A stretch of DNA of 64,000 nt. Origin: an uncultured bacterium (GTDB lineage: Bacteria; Zhuqueibacterota; QNDG01; DTFT01). The notes under the pieces were generated by a model. That model saw only the letters and a program-made list of their open reading frames with translations. It had not been told where the DNA came from and did not search any database. The position numbers and the translations under genes are program-made. The DNA is taken from NCBI GenBank assembly GCA_963736115.1, contig CAVTNR010000002.1, forward strand, positions 64,001-128,000, read 5' to 3'. How positions within the stretch are numbered: position 1 is the first letter of the stretch; the number at the start of each line of letters is the position of its first letter. This document shows positions 19,701 to 28,169 of this stretch, one piece after another.

Positions 19701-19941
19701 CAACCCCTCCACCGTGATCCGGTTCGCATTGCCCGCGGCCGGGAGGGCGAAGCTGACCGTTCTGGACGGCAGGGGCCGGACCCTCCGCGTTCTGATGGAC
19801 GGTCGTATTGCGGCGGGCCGCCATCAGGCGGTCTGGAACGCCACGGACGGGAACGGCCGGCCGGTCCCGAGCGGTTTGTATTTCTATCGGCTGCAGACCG
19901 GCGAAGGAACGCGGACAGGCAAGATGCTGTTCCTTCGCTGA
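16774..19941 (+). CDS. Large secreted protein with tandem carboxypeptidase-regulatory/Cna-B-like beta-sandwich repeats and a FlgD-Ig/T9SS-type C-terminal domain
   Basis: Signal peptide; about 7 repeats of GsisGxVtD..G.Y.i.GL..G.Y.v; C-terminal GNYPNPFNPST...GLYFYRL...KMLFLR. Confidence 0.85.
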   Translation: MKRTTLFFSLAIAFALSGIRPPDAGAAGTADSPASRFERLRMHRNVWQKVLERNAGFTAVRISSADDTTGSISGFVLGLDSVAVQTAYVEAIPILSIVDRDTVFGPSHGGVSRVSPDDLSFSITGLAPGPYWVYACADGYTPEYYNGGGDFPEADTVHVEPDLDVSGIVFNLQKITPGTGGLSGFILDEADGAPIGDAWVTAVASWEPYTYGRAMTDKQGRFVIGGLKSGAYTLSAGAEGYIEEFYYNAPVWELASAVTVTEPDTVSGLVIRLTEGGTVSGRVTDKEGGPVSDAWIQVYSDASGDSTWMDSTRTEARKFDAGASTEEDGTYRITGIPEGEYFVTAYSQWNPWMQNQIWYDGATDPSSATRVPVRSGVETPGIDFVFDFTAADGSVSGRVTDLDGRPIEYAQVQLFSDGSDAWGNSIWMTASTDANGDYSLYFVPEGRYYVNCWAQAGWSSVFRYWPDSEDFAGAQLISVDGVTAVANVDFILPLAPGTASVEGTVTDAAGHPLTGAYVEINPFQSGAADSGKSGKEFCAWAYSDSDGVYRVKGLPAGPVQVHCSYWENESRGEEWYSGASVPEDADPVTLSDGQMVSGIDFSLTVRRFYGSIAGTVMDAETGAPVPGAVVEIQPLRSDWVGFWRGTMKTTLITDAEGKYSAERLLPGVYLLSAYRKGGFSYYRNAPVPEMADSMALEGGGELTADFSLVIRNEGPGIIRGTVTYGLGGPLRGGLEETGPDGTSAGRSRLLKADSDMPFPYAVVIAKPVVTIQSWPESERFYNTLSAQDGSYELTGLPAGEYYVWSFGGSTAPQYWDHTTDPAQAQTIQVEAGTPADGVDFELDQMLFYAFDAIAPGRNQNAASVHGTVQDGSGEPVSSAVVLLLNISGQAVSSAVTGPDGVYALSAAAGDYVLQAGKLGYGTAFNGGAKSAEEAVAVRLETGSLEVNFSLGAASAVPQGPVLPDRMTLDGNYPNPFNPSTVIRFALPAAGRAKLTVLDGRGRTLRVLMDGRIAAGRHQAVWNATDGNGRPVPSGLYFYRLQTGEGTRTGKMLFLR

Positions 19942-19950
19942 TACCGGATC

Positions 19951-20091
19951 CGAATCTGTCAGCGAGCGTATTCCCCGGCTTCGCCGGACCAAGCTATCGG
20001 ATTATTTCATTATTGAAGGCCCGCGGCTTGTCTTCAATAACTTAGAAATACAATAGCTTGATCCCGCGCAGCGGGCGGCGGGGAGCTTCAA
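19951..20091 (-). mobile_element. IS200/IS605-like palindromic element carrying two 45-46 nt inserts (19974-20019, 20031-20075)
   Basis: Reverse complement reads ttgaagctccccgccg[ins]caagccgcggg[ins]gaatacgctcgctgacagattcg. Confidence 0.7.
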
Positions 20092-20100
20092 TCCAGTCAG

Positions 20101-20130
20101 GCCGGCTCCATTGGAGCCGGCTTTTTTATT
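20101..20130 (+). terminator. Rho-independent terminator
   Basis: gccggctcc-att-ggagccggc followed by TTTTTTATT. Confidence 0.75.
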
Positions 20131-20159
20131 CATCAAACGCATGCGGACCCGCCCCCTCC

Positions 20160-20436
20160 GTGGGTCCGAACTGCCTCGCATCCTCTCGGCGAGGCTATCG
20201 GCCATAAGGGATATCAGTTCCGAGTTCCATGTCTGCGACATCGAATTGGTTTTCCGTAGGGGCGACGCGGCGCGGCGCCCCTACAATCCGGTCGGACAGG
20301 GATATGGATTTCAGATGAGGCCGTAGGTCCGATATGCCGAGTCCCGCATTTACGGGACGAGGCTATCGGACAAAAAAAGCCTCCTCCGGAAGCGTCCGAA
20401 AGGCTCGCTGGGATGCGCGAGCCATTTCGGACCTAC
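20160..20436. repeat. Cluster of GTAG/GTGG REP hairpins
   Basis: Hairpins at 20160-20203, 20256-20284 (gtaggggcg...cgcccctac), 20323-20371 and inverted 20394-20436. Confidence 0.7.
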
Positions 20437-20520
20437 GCTTGCCAGGCCAGGGAGCCATCCGAACTTATTCGGAGAGGCAGATCGGACCCTCTGGACAATT
20501 GTGACAAAAAAGAAAAATAC

Positions 20521-20549
20521 TTGACAATGACGTAAAAATTGAATATGAT
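20521..20549 (+). promoter_or_regulatory. Sigma-70 promoter
   Basis: TTGACA-17 nt-TATGAT, 13 nt upstream of the ATG, so the transcript is near-leaderless. Confidence 0.7.
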
Positions 20550-20562
20550 ATTATATTAGAAA

Positions 20563-21426
20563 ATGGAATGGTTCAACGGTAAAAAAGTCTTCATCACCGG
20601 CGGCTCGAGCGGCATCGGAAAAGCCACCGCCCTGCGTCTGGCCTCCTGGGGCGCCGATGTCTGCATCGCGTCCCGAGGCTTGGACCGCCTGGAATCGGCT
20701 CTCGCCGAGATTCGCAGCCGCTCCGTCCGTCCCGATCAGCGGCTCCTGGCCCTTCCACTGGACGTGACCGACGTCAAGCAATGCCACGCCACGGCCGCGA
20801 AAGCCGTGTCCGCCCTGGACGGCATCGATGTGCTGATCAACAACGCCGGCGCCTCCTGGCCGGGCTATCTGGAGCGCATCCCGGATGCCGTGTGGGACAG
20901 GCTCATGTCCGTGAACTACATGGGCACGGTCAACTGCACCCGCGCCTTCCTGCCCGCTCTCATCCGCAGGCGGGGCGGCCGAATCGCCAATGTTTCGTCC
21001 GTTCTGGGTTTCATGGGCCTTTTCGGGTACAGCGCGTACGCGGCCAGCAAGTTCGCGGTGGTGGGTTTCTCTGAGAGCATACGCCAGGACCTGCTCCGGT
21101 ACGGCATCCGCATCTCGGTCTACTATCCGCCGGACACGGATACTCCCCTGCTCGAGGAGGAGAACCGGATCAAGCCCGAAGAGACCCGCATCCTGGCCGG
21201 CCGCATCAAGCCGATTTCAGCGGATGAAGCCGCCCTGCACCTGCTCCGCGGCGTGGCGAAAGGGAAATTTGTCATCATTCCCGGATTCATGTCGAAACTG
21301 ACCTATCATCTGAACCGGTACGCGCCTTTCCTGCTTCGCGGTATACTGGACCGGGAGCTGAGGAATTACCAGAAGAAAGCGGAATCCGGAACCGGCGCCG
21401 TGCTGGAGTCGAGACTCAATCCCTGA
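20563..21426 (+). CDS. SDR oxidoreductase, 3-ketodihydrosphingosine reductase (KDSR)-like
   Basis: TGGSSGIG, NNAG and YAASK motifs plus the KDSR-type YPPDTDTPLLEEENRIKPEETR segment. Confidence 0.85.
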   Translation: MEWFNGKKVFITGGSSGIGKATALRLASWGADVCIASRGLDRLESALAEIRSRSVRPDQRLLALPLDVTDVKQCHATAAKAVSALDGIDVLINNAGASWPGYLERIPDAVWDRLMSVNYMGTVNCTRAFLPALIRRRGGRIANVSSVLGFMGLFGYSAYAASKFAVVGFSESIRQDLLRYGIRISVYYPPDTDTPLLEEENRIKPEETRILAGRIKPISADEAALHLLRGVAKGKFVIIPGFMSKLTYHLNRYAPFLLRGILDRELRNYQKKAESGTGAVLESRLNP

Positions 21427-21506
21427 AGATCCGACGCATGTCGATCCGCCCGCGCTCGCGGACGGATAGGTGCGACCCGTCCACGCCTAACCCGAAGGAG
21501 GAGTTC

Positions 21507-21716
21507 ATGAGAGTCGTGTCTCTGATAATCGCCGCTGCGGGGGTCATTGTTTTCATCCTGGCCGTTCTCTCCGTCCTCACTCCGCTTCAACTGGGAATCA
21601 CGCCCGGAGGGCTTCTCCGGGGCACGGTATCGCTTTTCCTGATGGCCATCACGGGGATTGTGTACGACAAGGCCTATCCCAGGAAACCGGCGGCGCCCAA
21701 ACGGAAGAGAAAATAG
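21507..21716 (+). CDS. Small two-TM membrane protein (69 aa)
   Basis: RBS AAGGAGGAG; two hydrophobic segments and a basic tail. Confidence 0.7.
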   Translation: MRVVSLIIAAAGVIVFILAVLSVLTPLQLGITPGGLLRGTVSLFLMAITGIVYDKAYPRKPAAPKRKRK

Positions 21717-21745
21717 AGGCCGCAGGGCCCGACGCGGGAACCCGT

Positions 21746-21788
21746 AAACCGCTCATGCCGGACAGAAGGCATGGGCGGTTTTTTTGTT
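21746..21788 (+). terminator. Rho-independent terminator
   Basis: ccgctcatgcc...ggcatgggcgg followed by a T run. Confidence 0.75.
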
Positions 21789-21871
21789 GCGGCGGAACCG
21801 GACCGCCGGCCCGGTTGCCCCGCATTAGAACCGCTCTGCGCGGTCAACCGGGCGCAGGGAGACCTTTGGCC

Positions 21872-21900
21872 TTGACATTCTCGGGCTGAACAATTATACT
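21872..21900 (+). promoter_or_regulatory. Sigma-70 promoter of arfB
   Basis: TTGACA-17 nt-TATACT. Confidence 0.75.
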
Positions 21901-21947
21901 GAGAAACGAACAACGGCCGGGCCGGAAGCGGGACAGGACATCAAAAT

Positions 21948-22364
21948 ATGCGCTATTTCATCACGAATGACATCTTCATTGACGACCGCGAGATGGACTG
22001 GGACTTCATCCGGTCCTCCGGTCCGGGCGGCCAGAATGTCAACAAGGTCGCGACCGCGGTTCAGCTGCGTTATGACGCTGGACGCTCCCGGTCCCTGCCC
22101 GCGGAGGTCCGGGACAGGCTGATCCGGCTTGCGGGAAAACGCGCGACATCGGACGGGGTCCTGGTGATTCAGGCCCGGCGTTTCAGGACGCAGGAAGCCA
22201 ACAAGAAGGACGCGTTTGGGAGGCTGGAGGAACTGGTTCGGAAGGCGCTGGTCCGTCCGGTTGTGCGACGGCCGACCCGGCCTTCCCGCCGGGCGAAACA
22301 GCGAAGGTTGGAAACAAAAAAGAAGCGGTCGGAATTGAAAAAAACGAGGTCTTATCGGGAATAA
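21948..22364 (+). CDS. arfB: Alternative ribosome rescue factor ArfB (peptidyl-tRNA hydrolase)
   Basis: RSSGPGGQNVNKV motif, RTQEAN, basic C-terminal tail. Confidence 0.92.
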   Translation: MRYFITNDIFIDDREMDWDFIRSSGPGGQNVNKVATAVQLRYDAGRSRSLPAEVRDRLIRLAGKRATSDGVLVIQARRFRTQEANKKDAFGRLEELVRKALVRPVVRRPTRPSRRAKQRRLETKKKRSELKKTRSYRE

Positions 22365-22365
22365 A

Positions 22366-22458
22366 GCGGACCTCCCGAAGGCCTTCGACCTTCGGGAGGT
22401 CCGCCTCAGCCCCTGTAACAGAAAGACCTGAAAGGTTTCTGAGACCTTTCAGGTCTTT
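22366..22458. repeat. Two long hairpins of the GACCT..AGG..ACCT..AGGTC family between convergent genes
   Basis: 22366-22404 and 22422-22458; related hairpins at 58554-58590 and about 58638-58667. Confidence 0.65.
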
Positions 22459-22527
22459 CCATTTGACTTCATTCCCCTGCGGAAAACGGAACCCCCGGAA
22501 CACCGGGAACCGGAATCCGAAAATGCC

Positions 22528-23775
22528 TTATCCGACAGCCCCGCCCTCCGTCTCCACGTCCAGTATCACTTCGTGAATCTTGGACCGGCTGATCTTCCGC
22601 ACCGTGAAGGTCAGATTACCGTGCTTCAGCTTACCCTCGGTCTTCGGCCTGTCCTTGCACTGCTTCATCAGCCAGTCGTTGAGAATCATGTCCGATTCGG
22701 GAAGCGCCGGAGCGACGTCCTCCCGGAGCTCGCGAAGCGGAATCCCGCCGCCCACCACGTATCGGTTTTCCGTGATGGGATAGCAGAATGTGGGCAGAAG
22801 ATCGTATTCGTCATTGAGACTCCCCACGATGGACTCCACGATGTCCTCCAGGGTGATCAGGCCGGTCACTTTCCCGGTGTCGTCCCGTACCACCGCGATG
22901 TGCTGGTACCCCTTGGTCAGTTCGGTGAGGATGGCGGACAGCTTCAGCCCCGGTTTAACGGAAGGAATGGGCCGGCTGATGCCGCGCAGGGTCGGATCCT
23001 TGGGGTTCAGCCGAAGGACATTGACGATATCCTTGAAATTGACATACCCGATGACGTTGGCCGGGTCGTTCCCCTCAATGAGGGGGAAACGGGTATGATG
23101 GTGAATGTGGGCCTGAAGAAGCGCGTCCGTGAGCGACATGTCCGTGGAGAGCACTTTCATGTCCTCTCGCCTGACCATGATCTCCCCGACCGTCCGCTTG
23201 GACAGCTTGATGCTGCTCGAAACGATTTTCTCCTGCGCGGGATTGATCATGTTCTGGAGGCTGGCGAACCGGGCCAGAACCGAAATGTCGTTCAACGCGT
23301 CGGCCTCCCCGTGGAGCTTCTTCTTGCCCTCGAACGGCCGATTCATCCACTGCACCAGGCCCAGGTAGGGTGTGAATATCCGGACCAGTACACGCATGGG
23401 CGCCGCGACCAGGGAAGCGAAAAACGTATTGTACTTCACGCCGAGCGTTTTCGGCAGTATCTCCGTCCACTGGATCATCACGAGCGAAAAAACGATGGAA
23501 TACAGCGTCACCCATTTCGTGCCGAACAGTTCAGCGAAATGCGTTCCGGAGACGGCCGCGCCGATCGTGTGGGCGAATGTGTTGATGACCAGAATGACGG
23601 CGATGGGTTTCTGGATGTTCTCGCGGAGGTGTTTCCATGTGGCGCCCGCCTTGGGCCGCTTCTCGGACAGTTCGGCGACGTCCGCCAGGGACAGACTGAG
23701 CGCGCAGGCCTCCAGCAGGGAGCACAGGAACGAGATGGACAGCGCGATGAGAGCGATGAGAAGGAATGTGAGCAT
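22528..23775 (-). CDS. CNNM/CorC-HlyC family protein (DUF21 + CBS pair)
   Basis: SFLCSLLEA, EILPKTLG, HTRFPL and GLITLEDIVESIVG motifs. Confidence 0.88.
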   Translation of the reverse strand: MLTFLLIALIALSISFLCSLLEACALSLSLADVAELSEKRPKAGATWKHLRENIQKPIAVILVINTFAHTIGAAVSGTHFAELFGTKWVTLYSIVFSLVMIQWTEILPKTLGVKYNTFFASLVAAPMRVLVRIFTPYLGLVQWMNRPFEGKKKLHGEADALNDISVLARFASLQNMINPAQEKIVSSSIKLSKRTVGEIMVRREDMKVLSTDMSLTDALLQAHIHHHTRFPLIEGNDPANVIGYVNFKDIVNVLRLNPKDPTLRGISRPIPSVKPGLKLSAILTELTKGYQHIAVVRDDTGKVTGLITLEDIVESIVGSLNDEYDLLPTFCYPITENRYVVGGGIPLRELREDVAPALPESDMILNDWLMKQCKDRPKTEGKLKHGNLTFTVRKISRSKIHEVILDVETEGGAVG

Positions 23776-23873
23776 GTGAACCTGACCCCCTTCAGAGATA
23801 AAATTGAATGATTAATGATGAATGAAGGAGGGCACAGACATTTTATTCAACACTCATCATTCACCATTTATCA

Positions 23874-25868
23874 TCAGTATACTCGTATCGGCATGATGAC
23901 GACCGGAATGGCCTCGAAATGCAGTTTCCGTTGAACGGAGAAAATCGTGTAATTGTGCAGCCAGCGGTAGACGAAGGAGTCCTTCGAAAAAACGAGCTGG
24001 CCGCCGAAGAAGACGGCACCCGGGTATTTTTTCTGGAGTTTCACGGCCAGATCGACCATTTCGTCGACCACGTCGACGCCGATACCGGTCGCGGTTTCGG
24101 CATAAAATCCGTGCTGTTTCATGTACCGGACGTACCGGTCCGCATCGGCCTCCAGCTGTTTCTCAAGCGCCTTGATCTCTTCCGTGCTCCTGAAATTCGC
24201 CGCGTCGACCACTCCAACCCGGACAAACACGAAGTTGCGGAACAGGCCGGAAAAGCCCTTGATCACAGAGAACAAAGTGTGCAGACCCAGGCCGTTGAAT
24301 CCGTTGACGAAGATGACAGCGGTCTTGCCCTTGGGATGACGGCGCACGGACTTGCGTTTCCGGCCCTCGCCATTCTCGGTCAGGGGCACGGAAGGTTCGG
24401 TCACGGGCACCAGCGTGTCCAGGCGCTTCAGCATCTTCTGAACCCGGCCGTAATGACTGCGGACCTTGATGAAAAATGCAGCCAGCACGCCGGTGACGAT
24501 CAGCGTGATCCAGCCGCCTTCATGAAATTTAACCGCCACGACGCTGACGAGGATGAAACTGGTCACCACGAGACCCGTCCCATTGACCAAGAGGCGGCTG
24601 ATCCAGTCCCGATTCCGTCCCCGGTCCCGCAGGGCCTCCCGCACCATGCCCAGCTGGGAGAGGGAAAACGTGATGAACACATTGATGGAATACAGAATGA
24701 CGAGAATGCGCACCGATCCGCCAGTCAGCAGAACAACGGCCAGTGCCGAAACGCCGAGGATCAGCACGCCGTTCTGCGTGACGAAACGGTCCGACAGGGT
24801 TGAAAAACGCGTGGGCACCCAGCGGTCGGTCGCCATGTTGGCCAGCACGCGGGGCCCGCCCAGAAAACCGGTCTGCGCGGCCACGAACAGGAGAACCGCC
24901 TCGGACAGGAGGGTGACAAGCACGAAAACACGACCGGGCGCGCCCCAGCTCCGGGTGATGCTCTCGAACAGAACGGCGTTCAGGGTTTTGCCCGGCTGGA
25001 ACTCGACCTGGTACAACAGATAAGCCACCATCAGGCCCACGGCCATGACCGCCAGGGAAACGGCCATGTACAGCATGGTTCTCTTCGCGGTTTTCACGCG
25101 CGGCTCGCGGAGAATCGGCATGCCGTTGCTGACCGCCTCGATTCCGGTGTAGGTGCCGGCGCCCATGCTGAACGAACGCAGGATGATGAACAGCATGCCG
25201 GCCGCCCCGACTTCGGCCCGGGTCGTGGCCACATCCGCCGATACGCTGGACACGACGGAGGGGAGCTGCATGAGATGGGTCACCAGCGCCACGCCGATGG
25301 CCGCCAGATGGGTTACGATGAAAGTCAGAAAAATGGGAACGATCGGAGCCACTGACTCCCGGACGCCCCTCAGGTTCAGCAGAATCAGCAGAAATACGGA
25401 CAGCACGATGACGACAATGCGGTACGGGAGCCATTCGGACGGCAGAAAACTGAAGAGAGCGTCCGCGCCGCTGGACACGGACACCGCGATGGTCAGCACA
25501 TAATCGATCAGAAGCGCCGAACCGGCCACCATCCCGAGCCCCGGAGAGAGCAGTTTCGAGGCCACAATATAACCGCCTCCGCCCGAGGGGAAACGCTCGA
25601 TGATCTGCATGTAGCTGGCGCTGATGATGAAAATCGTGAAAGCGGACAGAAGCGCAACGATCAGGGAAAGCGCATAATGCCCGTTGAGACCCAGATAGGC
25701 TTCCTGCGGACCGTAACAGGCCGAGGAAATGCCGTCCGCGCCGAGTCCCACCCATGCAAGCAGGGCCACAAGCGACAGCTTGTGAAAAATATTTCGGTCG
25801 TGGAGGTCGCGTTCTTTACCGACGAGCAGGCGGATGAGACGCTGAGGGAGTGTCGGACGGGGCGTCAC
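23874..25868 (-). CDS. APC-superfamily permease, KimA/YdaO-like (paralog 2)
   Basis: AWVGLGADGISSACYGPQE, FPSGGGGY, DYVLT, TGIEAVSNG motifs. GTG 25868 chosen because it aligns with the start of the paralog. Confidence 0.85.
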   Translation of the reverse strand: MTPRPTLPQRLIRLLVGKERDLHDRNIFHKLSLVALLAWVGLGADGISSACYGPQEAYLGLNGHYALSLIVALLSAFTIFIISASYMQIIERFPSGGGGYIVASKLLSPGLGMVAGSALLIDYVLTIAVSVSSGADALFSFLPSEWLPYRIVVIVLSVFLLILLNLRGVRESVAPIVPIFLTFIVTHLAAIGVALVTHLMQLPSVVSSVSADVATTRAEVGAAGMLFIILRSFSMGAGTYTGIEAVSNGMPILREPRVKTAKRTMLYMAVSLAVMAVGLMVAYLLYQVEFQPGKTLNAVLFESITRSWGAPGRVFVLVTLLSEAVLLFVAAQTGFLGGPRVLANMATDRWVPTRFSTLSDRFVTQNGVLILGVSALAVVLLTGGSVRILVILYSINVFITFSLSQLGMVREALRDRGRNRDWISRLLVNGTGLVVTSFILVSVVAVKFHEGGWITLIVTGVLAAFFIKVRSHYGRVQKMLKRLDTLVPVTEPSVPLTENGEGRKRKSVRRHPKGKTAVIFVNGFNGLGLHTLFSVIKGFSGLFRNFVFVRVGVVDAANFRSTEEIKALEKQLEADADRYVRYMKQHGFYAETATGIGVDVVDEMVDLAVKLQKKYPGAVFFGGQLVFSKDSFVYRWLHNYTIFSVQRKLHFEAIPVVIMPIRVY

Positions 25869-25965
25869 GGGGGGGAGATCGTCCTTATTTTTTGTTTTTT
25901 CTTGAATTGCGTACTGGATCCCATATATGAAAAATACGACATTTGGAATCGACAAGCAAGGGGAA

Positions 25966-27960
25966 TCAATACACGCGGATCGGCATGATCATCACCGGAA
26001 TCCCCTCAAAATGGAGCCGCCGATGCACTGAAAAAATAGTGTAATTGTGAAGTGCCCGATGGAGAACCGATTCCCTGGAGAAGACGAGCTGTCCCCCGAA
26101 AAACATCGGATTCGGATACTCCGCCTGGATGCGTTTCGCCATCCGCATGATCTCATCGACCACATCCACCCCCACCGAATAAACGCCTTCCGCATAGATA
26201 CCGTGCTTTTTCATGTAATCGACGTACTTCTCACCCTCCTCCTCGAGGCGCCTGTCGATCGCCCGGATGTCCTTCTGTCCCTTGAAATTCCCCGCGTCCA
26301 CCACGCCGACCTGCACGAACACAAAATTGGTGAAAAATCCCGGGAACTGCCGGATGATGGAGAAGAGCGTGTGCAGGCCCAGTCCGTTGAAACCGTTGAC
26401 GAACAGCACGGCCGTGCGGCCCTTCGCATTCAGCTTCAGTCGTTTCACGCCCCGCGCCGGCTTTTCAGTGGGAGCGAGCAGGGACGATTCCGTGACCGAA
26501 ACGAGGCCGTCCAGCCGCTTCAGCATCTTCTGCACCTTGCCGTAATGCCGTTTGACCAGGGAGAAGAAGACGAACAACCCGCCGGTCACCAGCAGTGTGA
26601 TCCATCCCCCCTGGTTGAACTTCAGCACGGTCACCGTAATCAGAATGAACAACGTCAGGGTAAGACCGACGCCGTTGACGGCCAGTTTTCCCGCCCAGCC
26701 CCTGGCTTCGCGGCGCGATTGCCACCAGTGCCGCACCATGCCGAGCTGGGACAGTGAAAAGGTGATGAACACATTGATGGAGTACAGCACCACGAGCAGG
26801 GTCACCGAACCGGCAGTGGCAACCACGAGCGCCATGGCGGCGAGTCCCATGATGAGTATGCCGTTCTGGGTGACCAGACGGTCCGACAGGGTCGCGAAAC
26901 GGGTGGGTACCCAGCGGTCCCCGGCCATGTTGGACAGGACGCGGGGTCCGTCGAGAAATCCCGTCTGCGCGGCGACAAAGAGCAGAACGGCCTCGGACAG
27001 GAGGGTCAGCAAAACGAAACGGGGTCCCCATGCACCCCATCCTCGCGTAATGGTTTCGAACAATACCGCGTTCAGCGTTTTGCCGGGCACATGCTCAACC
27101 TTGTATAATATGTAGGCCAGCATCAGACCGAAGACCATAAAGGCCAGGGATCCGGCCATGTAGGCCATGGTCCTCTTGGCGGTCTGAACCTTGGGTTCGC
27201 GCAGGACGGGAATGCCGTTGCTGACCGCCTCGATTCCGGTGAACGTGCCCGCTCCCATGCTGAACGAACGGAGGATCAGCAGCACCATGCCCGTCACGCC
27301 CAGAGTGGCGCTCGTGGCGCGCACATCCGCCGAAACCGTGGCCGTCACTTCCGGAAGCTTGAACAGGTGAGTGACAACGGCGAGGATGATCACACCCAGA
27401 TGGGTGATGATAAAAACCAGAAAAATGGGAACGATCGGAAGAACCGATTCCCTGACACCCCTCAAGTTAACCAGGATGAGAACCAGAACGCCGAGCAACG
27501 CGAAACCGATCCGGTAGGAATGCCAGGCCGGCGGCAGAAAACTGAACAGAGCATCCGCGCCGGACGAAACGGAAACGGCGATCGTCAGAACGTAGTCGAT
27601 GAGCAGGGCGGACCCGGACAGCATGCCGGTTCTCGGCGAAAGCAGGCGGGTGGCGACCAGATACCCGCCCCCGCCGCTTGGAAACAGCTCGATAATCTGG
27701 GAATAACTCGCGCTGATAACCAGGATGGTGACCACGCTGAGCAGGGCGACGATGAGCCCCAGGGCGTGGTGCGAACCCAGCACCACGAAAGCTTCGGCAG
27801 GGCCATAGCATGATGAACTGATCCCGTCCGAACCCAGCCCAACCCAGGCGAAAAATGCGATCAGGGACAGTTTATGGAAGAGATTTTTATCCCGGACGTC
27901 CCGGCTTTTACCGATAAAAATCCGCTTGAGGCGGGATTTCAGTGAATAATTGGTCTCCAT
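25966..27960 (-). CDS. APC-superfamily permease, KimA/YdaO-like (paralog 1)
   Basis: AWVGLGSDGISSSCYGPAE, FPSGGGGY, DYVLT and TGIEAVSNG motifs, plus a cytoplasmic C-terminal domain. Confidence 0.85.
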   Translation of the reverse strand: METNYSLKSRLKRIFIGKSRDVRDKNLFHKLSLIAFFAWVGLGSDGISSSCYGPAEAFVVLGSHHALGLIVALLSVVTILVISASYSQIIELFPSGGGGYLVATRLLSPRTGMLSGSALLIDYVLTIAVSVSSGADALFSFLPPAWHSYRIGFALLGVLVLILVNLRGVRESVLPIVPIFLVFIITHLGVIILAVVTHLFKLPEVTATVSADVRATSATLGVTGMVLLILRSFSMGAGTFTGIEAVSNGIPVLREPKVQTAKRTMAYMAGSLAFMVFGLMLAYILYKVEHVPGKTLNAVLFETITRGWGAWGPRFVLLTLLSEAVLLFVAAQTGFLDGPRVLSNMAGDRWVPTRFATLSDRLVTQNGILIMGLAAMALVVATAGSVTLLVVLYSINVFITFSLSQLGMVRHWWQSRREARGWAGKLAVNGVGLTLTLFILITVTVLKFNQGGWITLLVTGGLFVFFSLVKRHYGKVQKMLKRLDGLVSVTESSLLAPTEKPARGVKRLKLNAKGRTAVLFVNGFNGLGLHTLFSIIRQFPGFFTNFVFVQVGVVDAGNFKGQKDIRAIDRRLEEEGEKYVDYMKKHGIYAEGVYSVGVDVVDEIMRMAKRIQAEYPNPMFFGGQLVFSRESVLHRALHNYTIFSVHRRLHFEGIPVMIMPIRVY

Positions 27961-28169
27961 GACGCCTTTTCGTTCCAATCTAAGAAAATATAAAACAGAA
28001 ACTTAAAACATGCCATCCTGCGGAAAACGATGAGAAAGATACAGAATATAATGCCTGGAAGCAAGTTAATTCGCTCAAAACCCCCTATTCTGTCCGGGCC
28101 CGACGGACTGAATGCCCTCCCTGGCCCGGCCCGCCGGAGAGGAGAGCAGGCCGGACCGGGAGGATCCTT

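Noticed and set aside
27961-28169. c-di-AMP (ydaO) riboswitch or second sigma-54 promoter before the KimA-like genes
   Set aside because: No ydaO consensus is seen, and TGGCAT lacks a correctly spaced TTGC.
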